Shown here piece after piece: positions 11,101-20,834 of a stretch of 64,000 nt of DNA; position 1 is the stretch's first letter; the number at the start of each line of letters is the position of its first letter. Source of the stretch: a virus; IMG/VR virus record IMGVR_UViG_3300020457_000004, positions 73,117 through 137,116 of that record; one strand, written 5' to 3'. Under the pieces are notes generated by a model. It had not been told where the DNA came from. It searched no databases and saw only the letters and a program-made list of their open reading frames with translations. Position numbers and translations under genes: made by a program.

Positions 11101-11949
11101 ACTTAATTTAGCAGTCTGACCTAAAGGTAAATCTTTTACATAGTCCTTATAAAACTCTTTAAGAAAATTATCGTCTGTATTGATACTTCCATCATCGTTA
11201 AAATCAACATCTAGTTTAGCAAGAAAATCTTGTAATACTTTAAGTGGGCCGTGTTTAGAAGAATCAGTTTCATTAGTGAGTTCCATGAACTCAAAATACT
11301 TTTCAATAAATGTTTGAAAAAGAGCGTGGTCGTTTCTAATAAATTCTGGTAATTGTTGACCAACAAGTTTTGAAATTTTAGGTTGTGCGTATACATCTGC
11401 TTTCGCAATGATGTCAACTTCTGCTGTTAGGATTGCCCCCTGCCCACCATTGATGTGAGTAATAGTACCAACAACAGTTAATTCTGAACCAGTACCACCA
11501 AGAGCGGTAGGTAAAAATGAAACAGTATCACCTTCTACATAATCATTACCATTTGAAACTGGTGTTATAGAAGTTACATCACCATTGCCATTGATAACAA
11601 TAGTAAATGTACCAAATTGACCAACCCCACTCGTAGAAGTAGGTTCAACACCAGTATATGTTCCAGCGTCAAGTCCTGTGTTTGTAGTAGTACTAGTAAC
11701 AGTTGTAGCACCACCAGATACTTTTACTGAAGGAGTTAGAACATATCCATCACCACCCTCAGTAATATTAATCGCGGTTATATCACCAGAACCAGAAAAG
11801 TCAATCGTAGCAGTAGCTGCGGCTTGTATCGGGTTATCACCAGTAGGTGCATCTATTAAAAGGGTGACTCCCGATGTATATCCAGAACCAGCGCTGGTGA
11901 TAGCGATGGTTTTGATATATTCTAGATATGATGGTATTCGATTAGTCAT
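8155..11949 (-). CDS. gp7: Baseplate wedge initiator gp7-like with repeat-rich extensions
   Basis: QLPEFIRNDH..F..FIEKYFEFME, FYTAKGS..AIKLLFRILYNE, YQPFAYQIQSE and AHPAGFALYG motifs; located between gp6 and gp8. Confidence 0.8.
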   Translation of the reverse strand: MTNRIPSYLEYIKTIAITSAGSGYTSGVTLLIDAPTGDNPIQAAATATIDFSGSGDITAINITEGGDGYVLTPSVKVSGGATTVTSTTTNTGLDAGTYTGVEPTSTSGVGQFGTFTIVINGNGDVTSITPVSNGNDYVEGDTVSFLPTALGGTGSELTVVGTITHINGGQGAILTAEVDIIAKADVYAQPKISKLVGQQLPEFIRNDHALFQTFIEKYFEFMELTNETDSSKHGPLKVLQDFLAKLDVDFNDDGSINTDDNFLKEFYKDYVKDLPLGQTAKLSLVLKNINDFYTAKGSGEAIKLLFRILYNEEVELFNAQEFVLRPSSSKWQEDYVVKVYERKTFINADTEDFDPQNFVGQQVDLHYYESTGSVTNAFTKRASVQSVKKIAYTNPQAYELVLSGINNTFSLPGPGAGSLSNDEMLQPEVAGDIGTITGTEGGGSFNTPDPSVVDGTYSITDSDFTSYIDIDYDNSLAISKGTYVKANNKIYLATNQGVTNGVGTGPNHESGDAIDGNVKFRFIEITSATGHYSSGSSGATFTVVIAGNAVSSVTVTDNGTDYYPNEIIEIPATEFGGTGTGVKIKVASITNGKVKKVIIIDGGTGFAANPQIIVSENASDTITQEALIETRTTNGVVDQILFTNNQQGAGYNNLPDLRISTGLTLTFVSLAGEVFPDTTSGDVFSAMKGMVTRVLNTAKFNSIKDGSSTTAGGFKIGDSYVINESGGILGVYAIDYFGEDYTLTGVSNNAYVRITSLNDVGYPATFEVLAVGQGFNRQDFQIELESPTGQIALVDFNTGYNAVLGGVAGDAGGFLSDANRLFDNIVYQPFAYQIQSELQASEWKDYVKRAAHPAGFALYGDLQIKQDIDFSAGFTVETDVYMFFKYPDIEEILVDESVVKAVEIAEAGPDSIFPGDAINTFDVTTTQTESVGIQSEEGPYTFVGTSVRVFYATSDGTETGDPYFEQHSSASDDYVERFGVGDYFLNDGGPYVELGNPQKLVEMNFNSTDTGEYALDYFANDAGRYTVLIADDTERSTEFFFANDTLTSLEVQAVATDSVEMGESVLISFVFFRNPTDSFTMQDSVSVERGVGAVETLLFADAIDKFDIGVNPTDTPNADDSTAFDVTAGRADTFTSDDTLSIEPQLISTDTTLTQDTPSVEAQPRPTDSVATADSVNKFDIGVNPTDTSATADSINNFDITTGPTDTSNTADSITKLDIEIDLTGSSVDEDAAISDSGSLISQSYTVDLTYFAEDYVADTVVNF

Positions 11950-13876
11950 CCTTTACCCTTGATATCATAGTAACAGCAACACCTTGTTTGACATTATTGG
12001 TGGTATCTACTTGAGAATCATCAAGGGATAGGATTATGTTTCTTGCTGGCAAAGCAGTAACAGCATAACTTTGTTCTTCGGTTGCACGAACTAAATCATC
12101 TGTAGAAATATTTTTAGCACTTTCATGTGGTGTTATGTAAACCCTAACATCATTATTTCCTGCCCCACTTATAGCATCTATTCGCAAAGATGTTATATCC
12201 AATGACCCTGTGTCATAATCGATAGTCCCTACAGTACCCCCTATAATTGTATTTGTTTCTTTTGTTTTTAAAATAAGGTCACCTTTTGCAAGGTTAAATC
12301 GTTGACCGTTATATTGTTGTGAGGCAGTAAATGTCTCATCTGGTTTATCTGTAATATAAACTTCATCTTGAGAACCGTTTATATTTACAGTAAAATAATT
12401 TGTTCTAACAGAACTAGCTAATAGTTTGTTATTGTACTTCAATTGATATCTAGTAGGAGTTTCAAGAGTAGGCGTCAATTTTTTCATTAACCTCATCTCT
12501 ATATTATTTGCCAAAATAGAATCACTTACTGAATCTAATTCTTTACTTAATTTTGAGAAGAAGAAGTTTTTCTTTAATTCGTTAACATTAGTATCAAAGT
12601 GAGATGTTACTTGGTCTAGTACTTTTGTCTTAATAGCATCTGAACTTTCCGTAGTTAGTTTCGGGTCATAAGTTACAGCAATATTGAAACCTATGAATAA
12701 AGTTTCCGCGTCAACAAATTCAGTAACCAATGATACTGGAAGTTTTGGTTTGATAACATTATTAGCAATCTCATTTTTTTCTGTATCAGTTATAACAAAT
12801 CCAGTTTGAGGTTGAAGTGATATATAAACTGTTCCATAGACAGGCGGTACATTATCTTCTCCGCCCCAGACTGTTACAGATTTAATATTTGGATTTGATT
12901 GTTTGATTGCAGTTTCGTAGTCAGTAGATGTCACAACCCTACCTTTAGCAGAATTAAATCGCGGTGCATTAAAACGAATACTGTTTATGTTTTCTAACTC
13001 GAATCCACCTGTAGCTGCTGAAACAGTTTTACCTGTAAGGTTTTCAGCTGAACCTGTAATACTTGATGGTGGAGAAAATTTCCTAGCACCATTTCCTTTT
13101 GTGGCATTTCCTAGAATGTATTCGCATATGACAATGTTTCCTACATCTAATTGTTTACCAAGAACACCGTCACCAAAAACAACTTGGTAAAATCCATCTG
13201 TTCTTTCTTCTAAGTAAAATACAGTAGACTTAGATGTAACTCCAGTAATTTGTTCTGACAACGCGAATGGCGTAGCATTTAAGTTAGTACTAGAAGTCTG
13301 TACTCTTACTGACAAAGTAGTTGTATCAACATTATCATTGGGTAATATTACTGGGCCAGACCTATTCGTACTATTAATAACCTCAGAAGTGGTAACTCTT
13401 GTTCCTTCCACCAAAGTTATATTAGTAAATCTAAAAGCAGCCACACCATTAATAACTGATTTGTCTACGGTGTAATCTTTATCTGGTAAAAAGTTAAAGT
13501 TTCTTCCGTTTACATTAGATGTAAATATCCTGTCTTTTGTTAAAGTAAGACTCGTTGATGTAAAAGCTGGGTCTGGTACTATTGTAAGGTCAATAACAGC
13601 CTTAGCAGAACGGGCAGACCTTGGTGTGTATCCCATTGTTTTTGCAATCGATACAACTGAATTTCTTTTGACAGCAGAATCAATAAATGCTTCATTGGAT
13701 ACCATATGAGCAAGGACGGCATTGTAGTGTGTATTATATGCGAGTAAATCTATAAGTTGCGAAATACCAGATGCTTCAAAGTCGTAGTCTGCAAACTCAG
13801 TTTGATTTTTTAAGTGTGTTTTTAGATTTGTTTTTATAGTATCGAAATCTAATTCTGTTACATTCTTGACTGCCAT
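11942..13876 (-). CDS. gp6: Baseplate wedge subunit gp6
   Basis: ELDFDTIKTNLK..L..Q.EFADYDFEASG...LLAYNTHY, FGDGVLGK, VTSTDY and WGGEDNVPP motifs; 644 aa. Confidence 0.95.
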   Translation of the reverse strand: MAVKNVTELDFDTIKTNLKTHLKNQTEFADYDFEASGISQLIDLLAYNTHYNAVLAHMVSNEAFIDSAVKRNSVVSIAKTMGYTPRSARSAKAVIDLTIVPDPAFTSTSLTLTKDRIFTSNVNGRNFNFLPDKDYTVDKSVINGVAAFRFTNITLVEGTRVTTSEVINSTNRSGPVILPNDNVDTTTLSVRVQTSSTNLNATPFALSEQITGVTSKSTVFYLEERTDGFYQVVFGDGVLGKQLDVGNIVICEYILGNATKGNGARKFSPPSSITGSAENLTGKTVSAATGGFELENINSIRFNAPRFNSAKGRVVTSTDYETAIKQSNPNIKSVTVWGGEDNVPPVYGTVYISLQPQTGFVITDTEKNEIANNVIKPKLPVSLVTEFVDAETLFIGFNIAVTYDPKLTTESSDAIKTKVLDQVTSHFDTNVNELKKNFFFSKLSKELDSVSDSILANNIEMRLMKKLTPTLETPTRYQLKYNNKLLASSVRTNYFTVNINGSQDEVYITDKPDETFTASQQYNGQRFNLAKGDLILKTKETNTIIGGTVGTIDYDTGSLDITSLRIDAISGAGNNDVRVYITPHESAKNISTDDLVRATEEQSYAVTALPARNIILSLDDSQVDTTNNVKQGVAVTMISRVKDD

Positions 13877-14272
13877 TTATCTCAACCTCTCTAAAACTAT
13901 TCCGAGTTCTTGCAACTCCCTAATCCCTCTTACGAAAAAGAACACTTTACATGAAAATGAATTTTCATTTTGATCTGGGTAAACCTCTACCTCTTCTACT
14001 ACAACCCTTGGTTCAAAGTTAACAATCGCTCTTTTTATTTCTGTCGCAAGACTCGTACCAGTAGCCACATCGACTGGTTCAAATAATAGTCCTCTTATTG
14101 GAGAACCATATTGCGGTTTAAATGGTTTTTCATAGTATTGAGTTAACAACAATGACTTCAACGATTGTTTAACCGCTTGAACATCTACTCTCCGAGCAAT
14201 ATCCTTTGTATTTGGGTTTTTTGTAAAACTCAAATCAAAATCTTTATATATTGTAGTAGGTCGTTTAAGCAT
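13877..14272 (-). CDS. gp25: Baseplate wedge subunit gp25
   Basis: YKDFDLSF..NP...D, AVKQSL..LLLT..YEKPFKP.YGS, FEPRV and LERLR motifs; likely start is the ATG at 14272 just after a late promoter, not 14296. Confidence 0.92.
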   Translation of the reverse strand: MLKRPTTIYKDFDLSFTKNPNTKDIARRVDVQAVKQSLKSLLLTQYYEKPFKPQYGSPIRGLLFEPVDVATGTSLATEIKRAIVNFEPRVVVEEVEVYPDQNENSFSCKVFFFVRGIRELQELGIVLERLR

Positions 14273-14277
14273 GTGAC

Positions 14278-14285
14278 TATTTATA
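14278..14285 (-). promoter_or_regulatory. Late promoter TATAAATA (gp25)
   Basis: Exact consensus, 5 nt before the ATG at 14272. Confidence 0.75.
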
Positions 14286-14295
14286 ATACTTTGCA

Positions 14296-14922
14296 CTAGG
14301 CAAATGCGTTCTTAGTATCTTTATCTACTTTAGATTCTTTTTGTACAACTTCCAATCTTAAATTCTTGAGAAAGTCCTTTAACCTTTCTATCGTGGGTGA
14401 AACCCCTTCGTTTATTAATTCTTCAGCATCTATCTCTCCAGCATCAAGATTAAACTTGGCAGAAGTTACTTTAATCTTACCGTTTTTTGCCTTTTCAAAA
14501 TTTGGCATTGCCTCACATAGACTTTCCAAATCTGAACCAAGACTATCAAAGAATCCAACTGGGTCTCTCATGATGTTGTTTATGGTATTGTTCTTATCAC
14601 CATATTTTTCTTCAATCTCTTTAGCTTTAGCAATAAACCGTTCTGTTTGTGCCGCTAATGCCACCAAATCACCAAGTTCATCCGCGAATGGTATACCATC
14701 TCTTAATTGTTTAAGAAAGTTTTCTAGGTTACCAAATTCTTCTTGGAACAAGGCCTCAAACTCTCCTTGCATAGCAAGAAATTTTGCTTTAAGAAAATTG
14801 ATACCCAGTTCACTCGCAATCGCATCAACAGTAGTATCAACTGCTAGGTCAATTTGGTCTTGTAGTTGGTCAATCTTATCCGCGATTTCCCCAAATGCTT
14901 TTCCTATACCTTTACAACTCAT
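14296..14922 (-). CDS. Hypothetical helical protein between gp5 and gp25
   Basis: 208-aa ORF with GGAG SD, collinear in the baseplate operon. Confidence 0.7.
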   Translation of the reverse strand: MSCKGIGKAFGEIADKIDQLQDQIDLAVDTTVDAIASELGINFLKAKFLAMQGEFEALFQEEFGNLENFLKQLRDGIPFADELGDLVALAAQTERFIAKAKEIEEKYGDKNNTINNIMRDPVGFFDSLGSDLESLCEAMPNFEKAKNGKIKVTSAKFNLDAGEIDAEELINEGVSPTIERLKDFLKNLRLEVVQKESKVDKDTKNAFA

Positions 14923-14933
14923 TTATTTCTCCA

Positions 14934-17042
14934 TTAAAGCGGTGGTGTCGTTTGATATGTACCAGAAGAAGACCCGCCAGGTACAGGTGTGTTATGAGTA
15001 TGAGTCTGAAGTACGGTGCTACCACCAGTAACCAATCCAGTAACAGTAAGAGTACCAGTAATTCCAGTTGCACCAGTAATGGATGTTGCACCCACTATGC
15101 TTGTTACACCAGTAATATTTGTAATCGCAGTAATATCAACTATCGGAGTAACCGTCAAGAGTGAAGCATTCGTCATTATCGTACTTGATGTTCCAATAGG
15201 TATGGCACTTGGTGTTCCAAATGTTGTTGGAAGAGCAGCACCAGTAGTATCAATAATAGTACCAGCACCAGCAATCGCGTTATTAATAAATCCAGCACCT
15301 GTTACGAAATTATTAATAGCACCAACCCCTGTAATGTTATTCTCAATTACACCAGCACCAATCAAGGTATTTTGAATACCACCAACTCCACTAGGATTCA
15401 CAACATAAGTCCTTTTGTTTCCGATAATTTGAGCTGGGAAGGGAACCGAAACTGGGCCAACTCTCTCTACATAGTCAACTCTCGCGGTTGTGTTAATTCT
15501 ATCAGAAACTATGGAAACAACACCACCAAGAGGCGAGCCAGGTACTTTCGGTAAATCAGTCGGAGCAGCTGCAATGTCAACTTTCTGAATTGCCTCTAAT
15601 TTGATTGAACCACCTTGAACAAGTGCATCTGGAGATGGAGCTGCCCCAGCCGAAGCAGCTTCTAAAGCTGCAGTTGGGTCAAGCCCTGTTCTAAGCGCGG
15701 TAGTAAACCCTATGTCACCTTTGACAATGTGTTTAAAATCATTACCACCCATTATTTTATGTTTACCTTGAACTGTTTCGTTCATTTCTCCCAAAACACG
15801 CAAACGATAATTACCTATTTTCTTTTGGTCTTTATCAGACTGTCCTACTTGACAATTGAAGTTACCAGCAGTCATTAATAGATATGAACTTTGAGTATCA
15901 ACTAACTCATGTCCTTGTATCTTGTTTAACCTATTACCCATTACAGTATTGTATGAGTGACCACTTATATGTTCGTATTTGTTTCCCTTGACATTAATAT
16001 TGTAATCGCCCTCTACCATAAGGTTGAAGTCGCCTCTAACATACATGTATCTGCTTTTTAAATCAATGACATAATCTTCACCAACAATTTTTTCTACTTT
16101 GGTTCCGTCTGGTTGAATTTCTCTAAATGTTCCAGCAGTATGATATTCGTGTATTCTTTCCGCGTCTGGTGTGTCATCAACCTCAAAGACATGTCCACTC
16201 TCTGTTTCCCTTACATGGTTGTATGGGTACTGAGATTTAGAAATTTCAGAACCTTGTGGGTGGGGTTCCTCCCAGAAAGTTGGTTCGTATAGGCCTGGAA
16301 ATACTGGAATGTCTTCACCACCATTATCATGTTCGTATGGTAGTTCTGTATTATTCCACCCAGATATTTTAGTTGCAAATCCTCGTGGCACACCATCGTC
16401 TTTAGCTCCTATTCTCGTTTCTCTTTTTCCCTTTAACGAATAGTGATTTTCTGACATATCACCCCTAGCAAGTCTAGAGGATGATGCTTCTCCCAGAACA
16501 TTCTTACCTACATCAACTTCATCAACACCTTCTGCGAGACCAGTAAGTTTATTGCCTTCCGCGTCTAATATGCCACCAAGTCCATCACTAACCATTCCTT
16601 TGACTTTATCTGCAAGACTCTCGTCTTCTGATATCTTTAATTCTTTTCTGCGTGGGAATTTTCCATTTGGGTCATAGAATCCTCTTTCTGCCAATGACTC
16701 TGGTGATTCTGGTGTATCTTTATCGTCTATCGTGGGTACATTATCTTCTACACCAAAAGAACCCATGATAACTGGTATTTGACCATCTTCACCATCAACA
16801 AAGAATCCGATTACAGTTGAACCCTCTACCAATCCAGTAGGTGATGAACCAACACCAGATATCGCTGCTGAGGTAACTGGTTGCATAGGAATAGACCAAG
16901 GCAAAGACTCTGTAGGTAATATATTCTTATCAAGTGTGTGATAACCTATTATACGAACACGATATCTACCAAACTGTTCTGGGTCATTTCTGTCTTCTAC
17001 GACACCCTGCCACCAAGCAAAATTGGGGTATCTATTCATCAT
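14934..17042 (-). CDS. gp5: Baseplate hub / central spike gp5 (OB-fold plus beta-helix, no recognisable lysozyme domain)
   Basis: WWQGVVEDRNDP..GRYRVRIIGYH, LPW, YPYNHVRETESGH.FE.DDTP..ERI, beta-helix repeats, C-terminal THTH. Confidence 0.93.
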   Translation of the reverse strand: MMNRYPNFAWWQGVVEDRNDPEQFGRYRVRIIGYHTLDKNILPTESLPWSIPMQPVTSAAISGVGSSPTGLVEGSTVIGFFVDGEDGQIPVIMGSFGVEDNVPTIDDKDTPESPESLAERGFYDPNGKFPRRKELKISEDESLADKVKGMVSDGLGGILDAEGNKLTGLAEGVDEVDVGKNVLGEASSSRLARGDMSENHYSLKGKRETRIGAKDDGVPRGFATKISGWNNTELPYEHDNGGEDIPVFPGLYEPTFWEEPHPQGSEISKSQYPYNHVRETESGHVFEVDDTPDAERIHEYHTAGTFREIQPDGTKVEKIVGEDYVIDLKSRYMYVRGDFNLMVEGDYNINVKGNKYEHISGHSYNTVMGNRLNKIQGHELVDTQSSYLLMTAGNFNCQVGQSDKDQKKIGNYRLRVLGEMNETVQGKHKIMGGNDFKHIVKGDIGFTTALRTGLDPTAALEAASAGAAPSPDALVQGGSIKLEAIQKVDIAAAPTDLPKVPGSPLGGVVSIVSDRINTTARVDYVERVGPVSVPFPAQIIGNKRTYVVNPSGVGGIQNTLIGAGVIENNITGVGAINNFVTGAGFINNAIAGAGTIIDTTGAALPTTFGTPSAIPIGTSSTIMTNASLLTVTPIVDITAITNITGVTSIVGATSITGATGITGTLTVTGLVTGGSTVLQTHTHNTPVPGGSSSGTYQTTPPL

Positions 17043-18493
17043 GATATATCTCCTACACTATCTCTTACTACTTCTAACTTCATTTGATGACTATTAGTTG
17101 CAACTGATATGTGATGTCTAATAGATGTAACACTATAGATTCCAGATATTCTTTCATCAAACAAATCTTCTGGTTTGGGGTCACTACCTTTTTCAGAAGT
17201 GTTTGGAAAGTTTAGATATACTAACATACCCAAGTCAAGGTCTGTTCGGCCTGGAACCTCAAAATCAATTTGTAATCTTTGCAATTCTGCTAATGCCGTA
17301 TCTCTATAAGCGGTATCTAATAAAAATCTCCAATCATATCCAAAACTTTGGTCAGTCCACATTTGCGAGGAACCTATTTGCACATTTAATGCAGACCTCG
17401 GATTTGTCAATGGCACTTCTCTTATTGGACTATTATTTTCTATATGAAAAAAGTCATTGTATCCTGCCCCTATTGTCCTTTTATTTTGTTTTACTCTTGT
17501 TGGTTGGAGTGGTGTATAATCAAACTCCATGTGATAAGGAATTCTGGTAGTCATATCAAACCCTATTGTCATGTTTCCTTGATACCCAGAAAGTTGGTCA
17601 TCTAAGTCATTTGTAAAATGGGGAATATTTAATCCAGACATTGTATTTTGTTTCTTTGATAAGAAAGGACTAAGATAACTATAACCACCTCTTTCTCTTC
17701 TTTTTTCAGACAATTGAAATGCATCACTACCTGTGGGAATATAAAAGAATTCATCATATATTGCATTTTGTTCTTTATAAAACGCAGCCATTTTAGAAAG
17801 ACTAACTGCATAAGTTCCCTTATCAGATTGAAAATACCTAACATTGGGCATCAACTCTTTACCACCAGCTGCAGTTGGAGCGCATTTATTTGAAAGAAAG
17901 TTAAGACACTTATATGGAGTCCAATAATTAGAGATGAAACATATATTTTCTTTTTTAAATCCTTGACTTCCACCAACATCCATGAAGTTGAGGTCGGGCC
18001 CATCTCGCGTGCCACCCTTGTTACTAATTACTTTTGGTTCTTTTAAAAACCTAGTGTAAATATCTGTAAATATTTCTTTTGGTGAACCAGTAAACCTTTC
18101 GTTAATAACAACCGTATTGTTTTTATATCCCTCTGGTGTTATACACCGTAATATATAAAATTGTTCCCTATCATCTTTGAATTGTCTTTCAGAAATAGAA
18201 TGAACAACAAATGATTGTTCTATACATTGCGATGGATTTGTATCATTTAAATGTCTAGATACAAATTTTACTGTAATAATCTCTCCACCCATGATAGGCA
18301 GATTACCTAATAAATTTCTACTATCACCTATGGACATCTCCATCGTAAAATAGTTAGTAAATATACTTTCTTTAATAACAACATCACCAACATAATTTCT
18401 TATGTCAATAGTCTGACTTCCCGATTCTGGGGATGTTAAAAGGTCTATAGCATCTATACTTATAGAACCTGCTGTTGGGACTGAACTATCCAT
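17039..18493 (-). CDS. Probable baseplate hub protein (gp27-like)
   Basis: ESIF...DSRNLL..LPI.GGE N-terminus, VPG...GIY.V..IRH C-terminus; located between gp53 and gp5. Confidence 0.6.
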   Translation of the reverse strand: MDSSVPTAGSISIDAIDLLTSPESGSQTIDIRNYVGDVVIKESIFTNYFTMEMSIGDSRNLLGNLPIMGGEIITVKFVSRHLNDTNPSQCIEQSFVVHSISERQFKDDREQFYILRCITPEGYKNNTVVINERFTGSPKEIFTDIYTRFLKEPKVISNKGGTRDGPDLNFMDVGGSQGFKKENICFISNYWTPYKCLNFLSNKCAPTAAGGKELMPNVRYFQSDKGTYAVSLSKMAAFYKEQNAIYDEFFYIPTGSDAFQLSEKRRERGGYSYLSPFLSKKQNTMSGLNIPHFTNDLDDQLSGYQGNMTIGFDMTTRIPYHMEFDYTPLQPTRVKQNKRTIGAGYNDFFHIENNSPIREVPLTNPRSALNVQIGSSQMWTDQSFGYDWRFLLDTAYRDTALAELQRLQIDFEVPGRTDLDLGMLVYLNFPNTSEKGSDPKPEDLFDERISGIYSVTSIRHHISVATNSHQMKLEVVRDSVGDIS

Positions 18494-18499
18494 GATGTA

Positions 18500-19012
18500 T
18501 TATCTTCCTTTTATCAATCGTTTAAATTGTCCTGCTATTTCTGCAATGAATTCTACTCTTGGTACTTTAATTCTTCTTTTTTCTTCATTAACTTTTTCTT
18601 CATGTTCAATATTACTTACTGCTTTAATAGCACCAGTATTAAACTTAGTTTGGTCAAAGTCAACTCTAATATTTTCATTTGTACTATCGACATAATGATG
18701 TACTTTTTGTAAGTTAAGTTCACCATACCTTTGTTTTGCAAAGTTGTTTAAATCAATATTAGATTTAGGCCAATCATGGTATGGGTCTATAACTTGATTA
18801 CAAAGTAATATGACCCAGTAATAGTCTACAGTATCATATAAGTCATAAGAAAGATGTTCTGGTCTTTGTCCATCTTGAACATCATACTCATCCATATAGG
18901 TGAGATTATCAAAAATATCTTTTGTTCCCACACGGCGAAACAGGTCTGGAATGTTAACAAGAGTTCCATCTATTACATACGCGGTTCTAGGAAATTGTCT
19001 AAAAAATGCCAT
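18500..19012 (-). CDS. gp53: Baseplate wedge protein gp53 (LysM-like)
   Basis: FF.QFP..Y, DGQRPE.LSY.LY....YWVILL.N...DPYHDWP and E...NE.KRRIK motifs. Confidence 0.92.
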   Translation of the reverse strand: MAFFRQFPRTAYVIDGTLVNIPDLFRRVGTKDIFDNLTYMDEYDVQDGQRPEHLSYDLYDTVDYYWVILLCNQVIDPYHDWPKSNIDLNNFAKQRYGELNLQKVHHYVDSTNENIRVDFDQTKFNTGAIKAVSNIEHEEKVNEEKRRIKVPRVEFIAEIAGQFKRLIKGR

Positions 19013-20337
19013 TATCCATTCTCTCCTGCTGCTTGTGCGGAACTAGTTTCTGTTATTGTTTCTGGTGTTTCTGGTTCTTCTGCTGGAACCTCACCCGATA
19101 CACTTGGGCCTAATCCTTGGAAACCACCCATCACATCTTCTTGGTCGGTGAGATCAACAATAGCATCTCTGTGAAGAAGTGTTAGTTCTTTGAAGTTTAA
19201 AGACATAGTAATTTCTGATGGAGCACCTTCTGTTCCTTGGAATGAAGTATAATGTCCACCTTGACCATAGTCTACCACAAAATTTACCAAAGCAGTATCA
19301 TTAAAGAAGTTAGTAAAGTAAGCATTTTCTTTGTTTTTATACTGGTAGATTATCTCAAACTCAGCAGGATACTGTAAAAATAACTGGTGTTCACTTTTTT
19401 CTGGTGTCATATATCTTTCAAATACATTAACTATTTTTAAAGCTTGTAACAATTCATGTCTATTCTTGGGTGCAAATTTAAATGTAAAAGGAAAATTCCT
19501 AAAGTTCATCGTTTTAAACAATGTCTCTGTAAATGGGTTTTGTACTTTACGCGACATTAACTCTATACTGGATTGAAGTGGTAAGTTTACTCCTAGTTGT
19601 TTTGTTATGTTTAATGTACCAGCTGCAGTTCTAAGTAATGCTTGTCCAGCTTCAGTTGAACCATCAGCACTTTTCAACATATCTGTTACACCTCTAGTTC
19701 CACCTTCGGTTACCAATGCACCCATAATAGAACCAAAATCTGTAACATCCCATTGTGCTTGCATTTCATTTTTTGGAGACATTGGCATAGCCATTCTAAT
19801 ACGAGCAACACATTTTCTGGTAGTTTTAGTTTCTACTAATCCAGCTGCTAATTTACCAGCCTCTCCAGAAAGTAAAACACCAGCAGCGCCCGCTGCCTTA
19901 GTAGTAGCACTCCCAGTTACAACCGCAGCTGCACCAACGCCCGCAACTAAACCAGTTGTTGTATCTTGAACTATTTGATTTGCTTGGTCATTACTAAGAT
20001 TACTCATTAAGTCTTCTCCACGGCCCGCATTTCCTAGATGAGTATTGGCAGCTGCTTCTGCATCTGTCTGTCTTATCAAAACATTGAACATTATTTGATG
20101 GGGGAATTCATCTGTATTATCTAATCCATTTGGGTAAGACAAAGACTGAAATGTAATTTTTTGTTTTGTTGGTTTTTCTTTTTTGGTGCCTCGTGCTTCT
20201 TGAGTGGCACCAGCTGCTGTTGCAACTGCGTCTTCGGTGTTCGTTGGGTCACTTCCTTCTTGTTTACTGCCTCCGCGTGGGATGCCGCCTGGCAACCAAC
20301 CACCAAGCTTTTCATCTAACCAATTGTAAACACTCAT
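19012..20337 (-). CDS. gp48: Baseplate tail tube cap gp48
   Basis: NPFTETLFK.M.FR.F.F.FKFAPKN..E, L.YP.EF.I and P.EITMSLNFKEL motifs. Confidence 0.85.
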   Translation of the reverse strand: MSVYNWLDEKLGGWLPGGIPRGGSKQEGSDPTNTEDAVATAAGATQEARGTKKEKPTKQKITFQSLSYPNGLDNTDEFPHQIMFNVLIRQTDAEAAANTHLGNAGRGEDLMSNLSNDQANQIVQDTTTGLVAGVGAAAVVTGSATTKAAGAAGVLLSGEAGKLAAGLVETKTTRKCVARIRMAMPMSPKNEMQAQWDVTDFGSIMGALVTEGGTRGVTDMLKSADGSTEAGQALLRTAAGTLNITKQLGVNLPLQSSIELMSRKVQNPFTETLFKTMNFRNFPFTFKFAPKNRHELLQALKIVNVFERYMTPEKSEHQLFLQYPAEFEIIYQYKNKENAYFTNFFNDTALVNFVVDYGQGGHYTSFQGTEGAPSEITMSLNFKELTLLHRDAIVDLTDQEDVMGGFQGLGPSVSGEVPAEEPETPETITETSSAQAAGENG

Positions 20338-20349
20338 GTAAGAACTCCG

Positions 20350-20386
20350 AATAAATAGTAATTATGTTATTAATGGACTATTTATA
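20350..20386. promoter_or_regulatory. Face-to-face late promoters for gp48 (minus strand, TATAAATA 20379-20386) and gp4 (plus strand, AATAAATA 20350-20357)
   Basis: Consensus and near-consensus motifs in a 51-nt divergent intergenic region. Confidence 0.65.
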
Positions 20387-20388
20387 AG

Positions 20389-20829
20389 ATGCCGTACCGA
20401 AAAGATATCCACCAAGGAAAATTTATTCCAAAAAACACAAAAAAATATCGTGGAGACATTTCAGAGGTTATTTATAGGTCTGCCTATGAACTAAAATTTA
20501 TGAATTGGTGCGACAAGAACCAAGATGTTTTAGAGTGGGCATCTGAACCTATAGCGATACCCTATAGGTCACCAATCGATAGAAGAATACATCGTTACTT
20601 TGTTGACTTTTATTTGAAGACAGTTGGTGGTACATATCTGATAGAAATCAAACCAGAACGGTTTACAAAACCACCAGAACCAAGAAAGAAAACAAAAAAG
20701 TATTTACAAGAGATTGCCCAGTATGGTATCAATGAGTCAAAGTGGAAGTCAGCAAAAGAATTTTGTCTTGATAGAGGATGGGAATTTAAAATAATTACTG
20801 AAAAAGAATTGGGAATGTATTATAAATAG
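20389..20829 (+). CDS. gp4: Head completion nuclease gp4
   Basis: GKFIPKN..KY.GD...IYRSAYE.KFM.WCD, HRYFVDF, EIKP, KW..A and ITEKEL motifs. Confidence 0.93.
   Translation: MPYRKDIHQGKFIPKNTKKYRGDISEVIYRSAYELKFMNWCDKNQDVLEWASEPIAIPYRSPIDRRIHRYFVDFYLKTVGGTYLIEIKPERFTKPPEPRKKTKKYLQEIAQYGINESKWKSAKEFCLDRGWEFKIITEKELGMYYK
20821..20828 (+). promoter_or_regulatory. Late promoter TATAAATA (gp2 operon)
   Basis: Exact consensus, 6 nt before the gp2 ATG. Confidence 0.75.
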
Positions 20830-20834
20830 TCGCT

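Noticed and set aside
14366-15554. Long antisense ORFs opposite gp5 and its neighbour (also 8279-8797, 24305-24823, 36337-36918, 54491-54994)
   Set aside because: Explained by codon bias and low complexity of the real genes; no supporting translation signals
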